A DNA stretch of 64,000 nt, from the NCBI GenBank assembly GCA_031269735.1, contig JAISYS010000008.1, positions 16 through 64,015 on the forward strand. Direction: 5' to 3'. The DNA comes from Candidatus Endomicrobiellum cubanum. Its GTDB lineage: Bacteria > Elusimicrobiota > Endomicrobiia > Endomicrobiales > Endomicrobiaceae. Below the pieces are notes generated by a model. That model saw only the letters and a list, made by a program, of their open reading frames with translations, was not told the origin of the DNA and made no database searches. The first letter of the stretch is position 1. Every line of letters starts with the position of its first letter. The position numbers and the translations under genes are program-made. Positions 46,679-55,599 of this stretch are shown in pieces.

Positions 46679-46688
46679 GGGGGGGGGG
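46679..46688 (+). repeat. G10 homopolymer between frr stop and ferredoxin start
   Basis: Direct reading: taagaa-gggggggggg-atctagtaATG. Confidence 0.95.
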
Positions 46689-46696
46689 ATCTAGTA

Positions 46697-46867
46697 ATGG
46701 CGTATAAAATTGATGCAAATGTATGTGTAGGATGCGGAGCTTGTGCAGGAAACTGCCCGGTTTCTGCAATAGAGCCTAAAAATGATAAGTATGAAATAGA
46801 TCCAAATGTATGTATAAGCTGCAGGGCTTGTAAATCTACTTGCCCAGTGAACGCAATTTCGCAATAA
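46697..46867 (+). CDS. 2x[4Fe-4S] ferredoxin (56 aa)
   Basis: Not in ORF track. MAYKIDANVCVGCGACAGNCPVSAIEPKNDKYEIDPNVCISCRACKSTCPVNAISQ carries two CxxCxxCxxxCP motifs. Confidence 0.88.
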   Translation: MAYKIDANVCVGCGACAGNCPVSAIEPKNDKYEIDPNVCISCRACKSTCPVNAISQ

Positions 46868-46880
46868 GCAGGATATTTTT

Positions 46881-47573
46881 TTGATACCCGTACACGTGGC
46901 TATTATAATGGACGGGAATGGCAGATGGGCAAAGAAAAAGTCTTTACCCAGAACTTTCGGACATAGGCAAGGGGTCAAAACCGTAAAAAAGATTGTTAAG
47001 GCTGCAAATAGCCTTGGGATTAAGGTTTTGACCCTCTATGCTTTTTCAACAGAAAATTGGAAACGTCCAGAAAATGAAATAAAAGCTTTGATGGTTTTGC
47101 TTAAATATTTTTTGTCTAAAGAAATTGATGAGTTAAGTAGAGAAGGCGTTAAGTTAAGAATATTAGGAGACTTGTCAAAATTTTCAAAAGATATAAAAAT
47201 AGAAATAGATAAAGCATGTAAACGTACTTGTAATAACACGGGATTAGAGCTTAATATAGCTTTGAATTATGGCGCAAGGCAAGAAATTTTACAAGCTTTT
47301 GAAGAAATGTTGAAGCAAGGTATAAAAAAACCTACCGAAGCAACTCTGTCTTCTTTTTTATATACTGCAGGCCAACCTGACCCTGATTTGCTTATTCGTA
47401 CTTCAGGAGAATTTAGAATATCTAATTTTCTTCTTTGGCAGATTGCATATTCTGAAATTTATATAGTAGATAAACTTTGGCCTGATTTTACTGCGCAAGA
47501 TTTAGAAAATGCAATAAAAAATTTTGAAAATAGACAAAGACGCTTTGGAGGCATTGTATTAGAAAAGCAGTAA
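46881..47573 (+). CDS. uppS: Undecaprenyl-diphosphate synthase
   Basis: 230 aa, TTG start, HVAIIMDGNGRWA...FSTENWKRP... Confidence 0.95.
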   Translation: MIPVHVAIIMDGNGRWAKKKSLPRTFGHRQGVKTVKKIVKAANSLGIKVLTLYAFSTENWKRPENEIKALMVLLKYFLSKEIDELSREGVKLRILGDLSKFSKDIKIEIDKACKRTCNNTGLELNIALNYGARQEILQAFEEMLKQGIKKPTEATLSSFLYTAGQPDPDLLIRTSGEFRISNFLLWQIAYSEIYIVDKLWPDFTAQDLENAIKNFENRQRRFGGIVLEKQ

Positions 47574-47650
47574 ATATATGTACTAAGGTTTTTTAGATAA
47601 ACCAAGATAACTGCGACTGTCTAATGCAATGTTTTAATTGGAGAAATAAT

Positions 47651-48448
47651 ATGTTATTAACTAGAATATTGACAGCAGTTGTATGTATTCCTGTTGTGTT
47701 TTCATGTATATTTTTAGGCAATATACCATTTTATTTAATGATGTTTATAGTGTCCTTTTTTTGTGTTTATGAGTACTTAAATATTTCAAAGAAATACAGC
47801 CCTCATAGAACACTTTCACTTGTAAGTGCAGTTTTGTTTTTTTTATTTTTACAGTTTTTTAATAACTGTCCTATAAATAAGGTGTCATTTTCGGCTATTG
47901 TAATAGCATTGACGTTTTTTATAAAAGAAGTTTTTGGAAAAAGCCCTAAATTTAGTATTGAAAGAATTGCAATTTCATTTTTTGGCACATTTTTTATACC
48001 TCTTTCTTTAATACACATGGTATACTTGCGCAACTTATATGGTGGCATGGAAATAATTTTTTTTATTTTTCTTGTAGTTTGGGTATTAGATACTGCAGCT
48101 TATGCTTTTGGCTTTATGTGTGGTAAACATAAACTCGCTCAACATGTAAGTCCCAAAAAGACAGTAGAAGGTGCCATAGCGGGAGTTATTTTTGGTGTGC
48201 TGACAGCTTTTGTTTGTAGGACGTTTTTTATGAAAGATGTTTTAAGCGTGCACAGTTCTTTAATTCTTGGTTTTATAATTGCTGTTGCTGGTCAGTTTTC
48301 AGATCTTGCAGAATCTCTTATAAAAAGAGATGGTGATATTAAAGATTCTGGCAAAGCAATTCCAGGTCATGGCGGTTTTTTCGATAGGTTTGATTCTTAT
48401 ATTTTTGCTGCTCCTGCAGTATATTATGTTTTGAAATTTTTAGAATGA
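47651..48448 (+). CDS. cdsA: Phosphatidate cytidylyltransferase
   Basis: ATG 47651 after GGAG; signature SLIKRDGDIKDSGKAIPGHGGFFDRFDS. Confidence 0.93.
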   Translation: MLLTRILTAVVCIPVVFSCIFLGNIPFYLMMFIVSFFCVYEYLNISKKYSPHRTLSLVSAVLFFLFLQFFNNCPINKVSFSAIVIALTFFIKEVFGKSPKFSIERIAISFFGTFFIPLSLIHMVYLRNLYGGMEIIFFIFLVVWVLDTAAYAFGFMCGKHKLAQHVSPKKTVEGAIAGVIFGVLTAFVCRTFFMKDVLSVHSSLILGFIIAVAGQFSDLAESLIKRDGDIKDSGKAIPGHGGFFDRFDSYIFAAPAVYYVLKFLE

Positions 48449-49608
48449 AAAGAATATCAATTTTAGGTTCATCAGGTTCTATAGGGACTCAAACTCTTGA
48501 GACTATTTCTTCAATGAAAGAAATAGTTAAAATAGATGGCCTTGCTGTTGGCAATAACATAAAGATTCTACAACATCAAATTAAAAAGTTTAAACCTAGA
48601 GCTGTTTCTGTAAAAAGTGTTTTAGCTGCTGTAAAATTAAAAAAATGGTGTAAAACGAATAATGTAAGAGTTGCCGTTTATAGCGGGCAAGAAGGACTTA
48701 TAAAGCTTGCTACAATGACTAGTGTTAACTTAGTTGTTGCTGCAGTTGTTGGGGCAGTTGGTTTAAATTCTACAGTTGCTGCAGTTAAAGCAAAGAAAGA
48801 TGTGGCTATTGCAAATAAAGAAACGCTTGTAATGGCAGGCAATTATATAATGGAGCTTGCTGCTAAACTAGGAATTAAAATTCTTCCGGTTGATAGTGAG
48901 CATTCAGCCATATTTCAATGTTGTAATGGCGAAAAAAAATCTCAAATAAAAAAGATAATCCTTACTGCCTCGGGCGGCCCTTTTTATAAATATAAGGGTG
49001 ATTTATCTAAAATAACAATTAGTCAGGCGCTAGACCACCCTACTTGGAAAATGGGTAATAAGATCACTATAGATAGTGCTACTCTTATGAATAAAGGGTT
49101 GGAAGCAATAGAAGCTTCTGTTCTTTTTGATGTGCCTATAGAGAAGGTTGAAATTGTTATACATCCTCAATCTATAGTGCATTCTATGGTAGAGTATGTA
49201 GACGGTTCTGTTATAGCGCAACTTTCAAATCCAGACATGACGCTTCCCATACAATATGCTTTAACGTATCCTAAAAGAATTGGTTCTAAAATAAAACCTT
49301 TAAACCTTGCAGAAATCGGAAAATTAGAATTTTATAAACCTGACTTTAATAAATTCCCATGTTTAAATCTTGCATATTTTTCTGCAAAAAAAGGATACAC
49401 AATGCCTGCAGTAATGAATGCTGCAAATGAAATTTGTGTAAATGCGTTTTTAAGAGGGGCTATAAAATTTACAGATATTGCAAAAATTGTTAAAAATACC
49501 ATTTTAGCTCATAAGGTTTTAAAAGATAAGTCTATAAATGTATTTATTAAAGCAGATACTTGGTCTAGAGACTATGCTAATAATTTGATAAAGAAAGGAA
49601 CATTATGA
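48445..49608 (+). CDS. dxr: 1-deoxy-D-xylulose-5-phosphate reductoisomerase
   Basis: 387 aa, ILGSSGSIGTQTL...VDSEHSAIFQC... Confidence 0.96.
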   Translation: MKRISILGSSGSIGTQTLETISSMKEIVKIDGLAVGNNIKILQHQIKKFKPRAVSVKSVLAAVKLKKWCKTNNVRVAVYSGQEGLIKLATMTSVNLVVAAVVGAVGLNSTVAAVKAKKDVAIANKETLVMAGNYIMELAAKLGIKILPVDSEHSAIFQCCNGEKKSQIKKIILTASGGPFYKYKGDLSKITISQALDHPTWKMGNKITIDSATLMNKGLEAIEASVLFDVPIEKVEIVIHPQSIVHSMVEYVDGSVIAQLSNPDMTLPIQYALTYPKRIGSKIKPLNLAEIGKLEFYKPDFNKFPCLNLAYFSAKKGYTMPAVMNAANEICVNAFLRGAIKFTDIAKIVKNTILAHKVLKDKSINVFIKADTWSRDYANNLIKKGTL

Positions 49609-50657
49609 TTATTCTTCAAATTTTAGGGATTATAATAGGTTTTGGTTTTTTAATTTTTATACATGAATTAGGGCATTTTGTTGCAGCTAAAATGTGTAAA
49701 GTAAGAGTATTAGCATTTGCATTAGGGTTTGGTCCTGATATAGTAAAAGTTAATTATGAAGAAACAAAGTATGCTATCAAAGCTTTTCCTTTAGGGGGGC
49801 TTGTTTTGATGGCTGGAGAAAATCCAAGTGAAGCTAAAGGCGAAGCTGGAGAATATTTATCGTTAAAATGGTATAAAAAAATATTCATAGCTTTTATGGG
49901 GCCATTTTGTAATTATTTGCTTGCTGTATTTTTATTTACTTTTATTTTTAATATTTGGGGTACGCCAATATTATCTAATAGCTCCAGGATTGGCGATGTT
50001 TTAAAGGATCAGCCAGCTGCTCAAGCTGGACTTGTTGCTGGAGATAGAATAATATCTATAGATGGGAAAAACGTAAAGACTTGGAACGACCTATCTGAAA
50101 ACTTAAAAGATAAGGTAGATAAAGAGACTTATTTTGTTGTAGAAAGAGGATCAAACTCTTTTTATGTAAATATATTGGTATCAAAAAATCCTGTAACAGG
50201 AGCAGGTGTTATAGGAATAACACCTTATATTACGCATGCTGATGCAAATATTTTTGAGTCTATGTATTTAGGCTCTAAAGCTGTAATAGTTCAAAGTGTT
50301 ATGACTGTAACATACCTTTTCAACAAGATAATTTCTTTTGAAAAACCAGATCTTTCTGGTCCTATAGGCATTATTAATATTCTGGCCAATGCCACAAAGT
50401 CTGGTATTGATGAGTACTTGAAATTACTTGGTGTTATATCTGTAGCTCTTGGCTTATTTAATCTTTTCCCTATACCTATGGTAGACGGAGGTATGATAGT
50501 ATTGTTTTTTGTTGAAGGTATAATAAAAAAACAAATAAGCACAAAAGTTGTACAAATTTATAATACAATAGGGTTGGCATTTATTTTAGCTATTTTTATT
50601 TTTGCCACTTACAGCGATCTTTTAAGATTGGGTATAGGTAAATTATTTGGTAAATAG
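49605..50657 (+). CDS. rseP: Site-2 protease RseP/RasP (M50 zinc metalloprotease with PDZ)
   Basis: 350 aa, HELGHF motif, PDZ (AAQAGLVAGDRIISIDG), NLFPIPMVDGG. Confidence 0.93.
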   Translation: MIILQILGIIIGFGFLIFIHELGHFVAAKMCKVRVLAFALGFGPDIVKVNYEETKYAIKAFPLGGLVLMAGENPSEAKGEAGEYLSLKWYKKIFIAFMGPFCNYLLAVFLFTFIFNIWGTPILSNSSRIGDVLKDQPAAQAGLVAGDRIISIDGKNVKTWNDLSENLKDKVDKETYFVVERGSNSFYVNILVSKNPVTGAGVIGITPYITHADANIFESMYLGSKAVIVQSVMTVTYLFNKIISFEKPDLSGPIGIINILANATKSGIDEYLKLLGVISVALGLFNLFPIPMVDGGMIVLFFVEGIIKKQISTKVVQIYNTIGLAFILAIFIFATYSDLLRLGIGKLFGK

Positions 50658-50821
50658 TTTTTTATATGTAAAATCTTATAGGTGTTTGTGGTTTGTTGTC
50701 ATATTAAAGCACTTTTTTTGATATTAAAACTAAAGATCTTGTAGAATACTGTAATCTGTGTAGTTGCTGCCACGCAATCTTTCTGCACAGACATTTGTTG
50801 TTAATTATTACTAGGTAAAAT

Positions 50822-51098
50822 TTTACACCTTGTATACATTATGCGGCTAAACTCCATGAAGCAATTGCCACTATTCATCTTTTTAGGAAGAACAGCAAGA
50901 CTTGTTATAAATCTTACCTTGCTACAAGATGGTTATCCTATTGTTATTATAGTGCCTATTTTAAGGAGTGATTATAAATACTATAAAGTTAGCTAATAAA
51001 GGTAAATTTACTCCCTTCTTATAACTTTATTACCTAACGTAGAATATGGAAGCGTAAGGGACTACATCAGAATTATTAAAACATCTGATTTAAAGTAG
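50822..51098 (+). pseudogene. Relic of a Fic-domain gene (multiple frameshifts/stops, catalytic motif destroyed)
   Basis: Three-frame reading: HYAAKLHEAIATIHLF / GRTARLVINLTLLQDGYPIVIIVPILRSDY..stop / KGKFTPFL...EYGSVRDYIRIIK. Corresponds to ...IHPFxDGNGRTxRLLxNLxLxxxGYP... with the P and DGN lost. Confidence 0.65.
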
Positions 51099-51249
51099 AA
51101 TTTTAGCAAATGTCAAATTATTTTTAGCTGTGGATTACTAAAGGAAGATATTTCATACTAATAACTTAGACTTACCACTTAAGTGTGGAAATAAAAGTGA
51201 CTTCATTGAATATTTTGTAGATTAATCAAAAATAAGGAGAAATACTCTT

Positions 51250-53733
51250 ATGGCAACACATAGACTTGTAAGATGGAGTAAAGATGCCTTCAATTTTCTA
51301 CAATCTGCTGATGACAATAGTATAGTTTTAGATCTTGTTATATCTTATGCCTGTGCTACTCAGACAGGAGAGGGATTTGAAGAACTTGTTAATACAATAA
51401 ATAGTGAAAATATAAAGTGTAAAATAAAAAAAGTTAATATTACCGATACCTCTTATTTGTATAGATATAGCATTCTAGAATTTTCTAAATATTTAAACCC
51501 AGATATTCCAACTTTGTGGTATTTAAGAAATAAAGATTCTATAGATAAGTTACAGGTCGATACAGAGATAAAATCATGGGCAGTAGGGCTCCAAAGCGAT
51601 GAATTTGAGTACTGGAATAAACAAATAAGGACTGATTTTGCTGGAGATGAAAAAGGCAATGGTATAATAGAAGGGTTCAAAGAAATAGTAATGGATACAG
51701 TAAAAACATCAATCGCTAAAACGGGTGATACATTTGAACATTGTGTAGACTTTATATTAGAAGAATGTGCCTATACCTGTGCGCATTTTCAAAATGTAAT
51801 CATGGTGTATCCAATGACTCTACGGCCGATAGAACCTATAATTAAACGCTATAATTTGAATATTCGTCAACTTGCGTACAAGATGTCAGATTATGCAGAA
51901 AAACATAAAAATCGTATTCTAAGTGCAAACAATATGGATCGTGAAATAATTGAATTTATTACTCATAGAGCTGACAATGTAAACTTTTTTATAATAGATA
52001 AATTGGGGAATCTTTTATATAAAAATGAAGCATGTAAAAAGCAAGTAAGAGACATGCATGTAAGAGGTCTAGGTCAAAAGACATGGGAAACAACGCTTGA
52101 TGTTATAAAGTCAAAAAAGCAAGTTATTATAGAAGAAAAATCTAAAGAAGGGCAAAGGTACCTTTCTGTTAAAGCTCCTCTGATGGTGGATGGTAAAGTA
52201 GAAGGAGTGATAGGGTTAGCGGTTGATATAACGGATAAAAAAAGGTTAGAAGAATTAGAAATTCTAAACAAGTTAAATGAAGAAAGAAAAGTTATAGCAA
52301 AGCGTGTAGAGCATGATATAAGTGGACCGTTAAGTGTATTGGAATTATTTGTATTAAATAATAAAGATATATCAGATAAAGATAGAATGCAAATAGATGC
52401 TGTAGTAACACGAATAAGAAATATATCAGGTAGTTTGTTTAAGGAATATAATAAGGATAGCGGATTGGAATTGGAAGGCAGTAAAATGTCAAAGAAATAT
52501 ATTTGTATAGATTTATGTTTGGAAGAGATAATTGCTGAAAAGAGATGTCAATATAATATAGATTCTAAAGTGACGTTTAGATATACTTCGCCAATGGATA
52601 AGAATAAGATATTTATAAAAGGATATTATTCTGATTTTTGCAGGATGATATCAAACTTGATAAATAATGGAATAGAAGCCATTGGCTCTAAAGAAGGTAT
52701 TGTAGATATAAAGTTAAGTGTAAAAGACGCGAAAGTGGAAGTAAAGATAAGAGATAGCGGGTTAGGAATGCCTCAAGAAATGATAGATAAAATAATGGAA
52801 GATAAAGAAATAGGCACAACAAAGAAAGAAGGCCACGGGATAGGAATGGGACAAATTAAGAGTGTCTTGAGTGAGATCAAAGGTGAAATGAGGATAAAGT
52901 CAAAAACAAATTTCGGATCTAATAATGAAGTATTGGTGCTTCCCACAGGTACAGAGGTTACATTGATATTTCCGCAGTCAGAAAGTCCAGAATGGAGTGC
53001 AGATAAAATAACATTACACAAAGAGGATATAGTAGTAGTATTAGATGATGATATTATGGTTCATGAAACTTGGAAAGGACGTTTTCAGGAGTATTTGGAA
53101 GATATTAAAGTTGAGTATTTTTTACAAGCTCAAGAAGCTATAAATTATATAAATTCAAAAAAAGAGGAAGAAGTCTTTCTACTTGTAGATTATGAATTAA
53201 GAGGCCAAGGAATAAATGGTGTGGAGGTAATAGAGGAGTGTAAAATGCAAAATAGATCGATATTAGTGACAAAAAATATACATGCGGTAAGAATAAAGGA
53301 TTTTGATAAGAAAAGTGAATTTTTAAAGATATTACCGAAAATGTACGTGAAAAACGTACAGATATTATTAGAGGAAAAGGGAATAAAAAAAAAGGATAAA
53401 GCAGATTTTGTATTTGTAGATAACGATGATCTTTTTGCAAGCGTATTAAAGAAAGTTTTGGAACTAAAAGGGTTAAGAGTAGATGTATATACAGATGTAG
53501 AAGACTTTATTAAGAATTTAGATAAATATTCAAAAGATACAAAGATAGTAACAGATAATAATTTGGGTTGTAATAAGATAGATGGATTTGAACTAGCAAA
53601 GAAATTAAATGAAATTGGATATATAAGATTGTACATGATATCTGGAAGTGAATTTAGTAAAAATGAAATTCCATCATATCTTAAAGTTATGTTGAAAGAA
53701 GGAGCAGTGATAGATAAGTTGCTAATGATGTAA
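51250..53733 (+). CDS. Soluble hybrid sensor histidine kinase: unassigned N-terminal domain (~225 aa) - PAS - HisKA-like - HATPase_c - two receiver-like domains
   Basis: 827 aa, no TM segment. PAS end motif VDITDKKRLEELE; H-box RVEHDISGPL; N/G boxes NLINNGIEA, DSGLGMP, GHGIGMG. REC-like segments VVVLDDD...LLVDYEL and FVFVDND...IVTDNNLG..IDGFEL. Confidence 0.85.
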   Translation: MATHRLVRWSKDAFNFLQSADDNSIVLDLVISYACATQTGEGFEELVNTINSENIKCKIKKVNITDTSYLYRYSILEFSKYLNPDIPTLWYLRNKDSIDKLQVDTEIKSWAVGLQSDEFEYWNKQIRTDFAGDEKGNGIIEGFKEIVMDTVKTSIAKTGDTFEHCVDFILEECAYTCAHFQNVIMVYPMTLRPIEPIIKRYNLNIRQLAYKMSDYAEKHKNRILSANNMDREIIEFITHRADNVNFFIIDKLGNLLYKNEACKKQVRDMHVRGLGQKTWETTLDVIKSKKQVIIEEKSKEGQRYLSVKAPLMVDGKVEGVIGLAVDITDKKRLEELEILNKLNEERKVIAKRVEHDISGPLSVLELFVLNNKDISDKDRMQIDAVVTRIRNISGSLFKEYNKDSGLELEGSKMSKKYICIDLCLEEIIAEKRCQYNIDSKVTFRYTSPMDKNKIFIKGYYSDFCRMISNLINNGIEAIGSKEGIVDIKLSVKDAKVEVKIRDSGLGMPQEMIDKIMEDKEIGTTKKEGHGIGMGQIKSVLSEIKGEMRIKSKTNFGSNNEVLVLPTGTEVTLIFPQSESPEWSADKITLHKEDIVVVLDDDIMVHETWKGRFQEYLEDIKVEYFLQAQEAINYINSKKEEEVFLLVDYELRGQGINGVEVIEECKMQNRSILVTKNIHAVRIKDFDKKSEFLKILPKMYVKNVQILLEEKGIKKKDKADFVFVDNDDLFASVLKKVLELKGLRVDVYTDVEDFIKNLDKYSKDTKIVTDNNLGCNKIDGFELAKKLNEIGYIRLYMISGSEFSKNEIPSYLKVMLKEGAVIDKLLMM

Positions 53734-54003
53734 TGCTGAGCGTCATGTGTTCAACTAAAACATAAATTCATCGGTTGGAAATTGGTAGGGGCTTTTTTTA
53801 TGACACTAAGAAGTTTGAAATAATTACTTTCTAGTGTTTTGGTAATAGGTGTCTAAGAAAAAGACATTAGTTGCGAAATGATTTGAGAGTAAGGGATAGA
53901 TTCAAGATTAATGTAGATGAGAGTGGATATAAAAATCAAAAAGGCAATGATTAGATGAAGTAATATAATAAGAAAGTTATGGTAAAGGTAAAGTTGATTT
54001 AAT

Positions 54004-55086
54004 ATGAAGTTTTATAAAAGAAATCAAACAAAAAAAGTAAATATAGGTGGTACTGTAATAGGTGGAGGCTCTCCTATTGTAATTCAATCTATGGCAAATA
54101 CAGATACTAAAGATTGGAAAACCACGGTAAAGCAATTAAAACAATTAGAAGAAGTCGGCTGTGAAATTGTAAGGGTATCAGTTCCTGATATAGAAGCGGT
54201 ACAAAGTTTAAGCAAAATAAAAAAGCATATAAAAATACCTTTAGTAGCCGATATCCATTTTGATTACAGGATAGCTCTTGAAGCAATAAAACAGGGCGTA
54301 GATAAACTAAGAGTAAATCCTGGCAATATTGGCTCTAAAGAAAAAGTCATAGCTGTTGTAAAAGAAGCAAAAAAAGCGCACATTCCTATACGAATAGGAG
54401 TTAACGCAGGTTCATTAAAGGAAGTCCATGGGTTTGCTGACAATATATCTAAATCAAAAGCTTTAGCTAATGCTGCAATGGAGCATGTCAAAATTTTAGA
54501 AAATTTAGATTTTGGTGATATCGTTGTATCTTTAAAAGCTTCTAATATAGATATAACTGTTCAATCTTATAAAATTTTTGCTTCGAAAAGAAATTATCCT
54601 CTACATTTAGGGATAACAGAAGCGGGCTCTCTTTTTAATGGGACTGTAAAGTCTTGTACAGGTCTTGGAATAATGTTAAATTATGGTATAGGAGATACTT
54701 TAAGAGTCTCTCTTACTGCAAACCCTATAGAAGAGGTAAAAGTGGCATATTCTCTTTTACAAGCTTTGCATTTACGTAGTACAGGAATAGAAATTATTTC
54801 TTGTCCAACGTGTGCAAGATGCAAAGTGGACTTAATAAAGATTGTTAACGAATTTGAAAAAAAAGTTGTTTTAATAAAAGCTTTAAAAAAAGTCAAAAAA
54901 CCTATAAAAGTCGCCTTAATGGGTTGTGTTGTCAATGGCCCTGGAGAAGCAAAAGATGCTGATTTTGGTATAGCAGGTGGTAAGGATACAGGCGTATTAT
55001 TTAAAAATGGGCAAATTATAGGGAATGTAAGGCCTGATCAATGGGTTCCTAAACTTGTTAGTATGCTAAAGAACTATTTGTCTTAA
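54004..55086 (+). CDS. ispG: 4-hydroxy-3-methylbut-2-enyl-diphosphate synthase
   Basis: 360 aa, GGGSPIVIQSM...RVNPGNIG...CPTCARC...GCVVNGPGE. Confidence 0.96.
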   Translation: MKFYKRNQTKKVNIGGTVIGGGSPIVIQSMANTDTKDWKTTVKQLKQLEEVGCEIVRVSVPDIEAVQSLSKIKKHIKIPLVADIHFDYRIALEAIKQGVDKLRVNPGNIGSKEKVIAVVKEAKKAHIPIRIGVNAGSLKEVHGFADNISKSKALANAAMEHVKILENLDFGDIVVSLKASNIDITVQSYKIFASKRNYPLHLGITEAGSLFNGTVKSCTGLGIMLNYGIGDTLRVSLTANPIEEVKVAYSLLQALHLRSTGIEIISCPTCARCKVDLIKIVNEFEKKVVLIKALKKVKKPIKVALMGCVVNGPGEAKDADFGIAGGKDTGVLFKNGQIIGNVRPDQWVPKLVSMLKNYLS

Positions 55087-55097
55087 GGGAGTAAGAA

Positions 55098-55562
55098 ATG
55101 GCAGAAATTTATTTAACAAGAGATGGTAAAGAAAAGCTGATTAAGGAATTGCAAGAATTGCAAAGGAGAAAACCTCTAATTCAAGACGAAATTGCAAGGG
55201 CAAGAGAGCATGGTGATTTAAGAGAAAATGCAGAATATCATGCTGCAAAAGAAACTCTTACTAACCTTATGCGTAGGATTGTGGAACTTGATTCTAAAAT
55301 ATCTAGTGCAAAGATTATTGAAGAGCAAAATATAGACCCAGACAAAATTTTTATTGGCGTTACAATAACAATTCAAGATGAAGATGGCGATAATTATGAG
55401 TATACAGTGGTAGACTTAGAGGAAGCTGACCCGTCTAAAAATAAAATATCTGTACAATCCCCTCTTATACAAGGGTTGCTTGGACATAAAGAAGGAGAAA
55501 CAGTTGAAGTAGAATTGCCAGCAGGAAAATCTAAGTTCAAAATATTAAAAATTTCAAGATAG
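55098..55562 (+). CDS. greA: Transcription elongation factor GreA
   Basis: 154 aa, ...AREHGDLRENAEYHAAKE... Confidence 0.95.
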   Translation: MAEIYLTRDGKEKLIKELQELQRRKPLIQDEIARAREHGDLRENAEYHAAKETLTNLMRRIVELDSKISSAKIIEEQNIDPDKIFIGVTITIQDEDGDNYEYTVVDLEEADPSKNKISVQSPLIQGLLGHKEGETVEVELPAGKSKFKILKISR

Positions 55563-55599
55563 AATTAAAGTTTATCTAAAAGCCTTAAAAGGAAAGAGT

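Noticed and set aside
46691-46978. 95-aa minus-strand ORF in the frr-uppS spacer
   Set aside because: The + strand here encodes a textbook 2x[4Fe-4S] ferredoxin (two CxxCxxCxxxCP motifs) and the uppS start. The antisense ORF is a shadow.
53138-53636. Two long minus-strand ORFs (100 and 148 aa) inside the hybrid kinase gene (also 52773-53021, 51453-51680)
   Set aside because: They are antisense to a continuous 827-codon ORF with recognisable PAS/HK/REC motifs. Their sequences are low-complexity and hydrophobic, typical of shadows.
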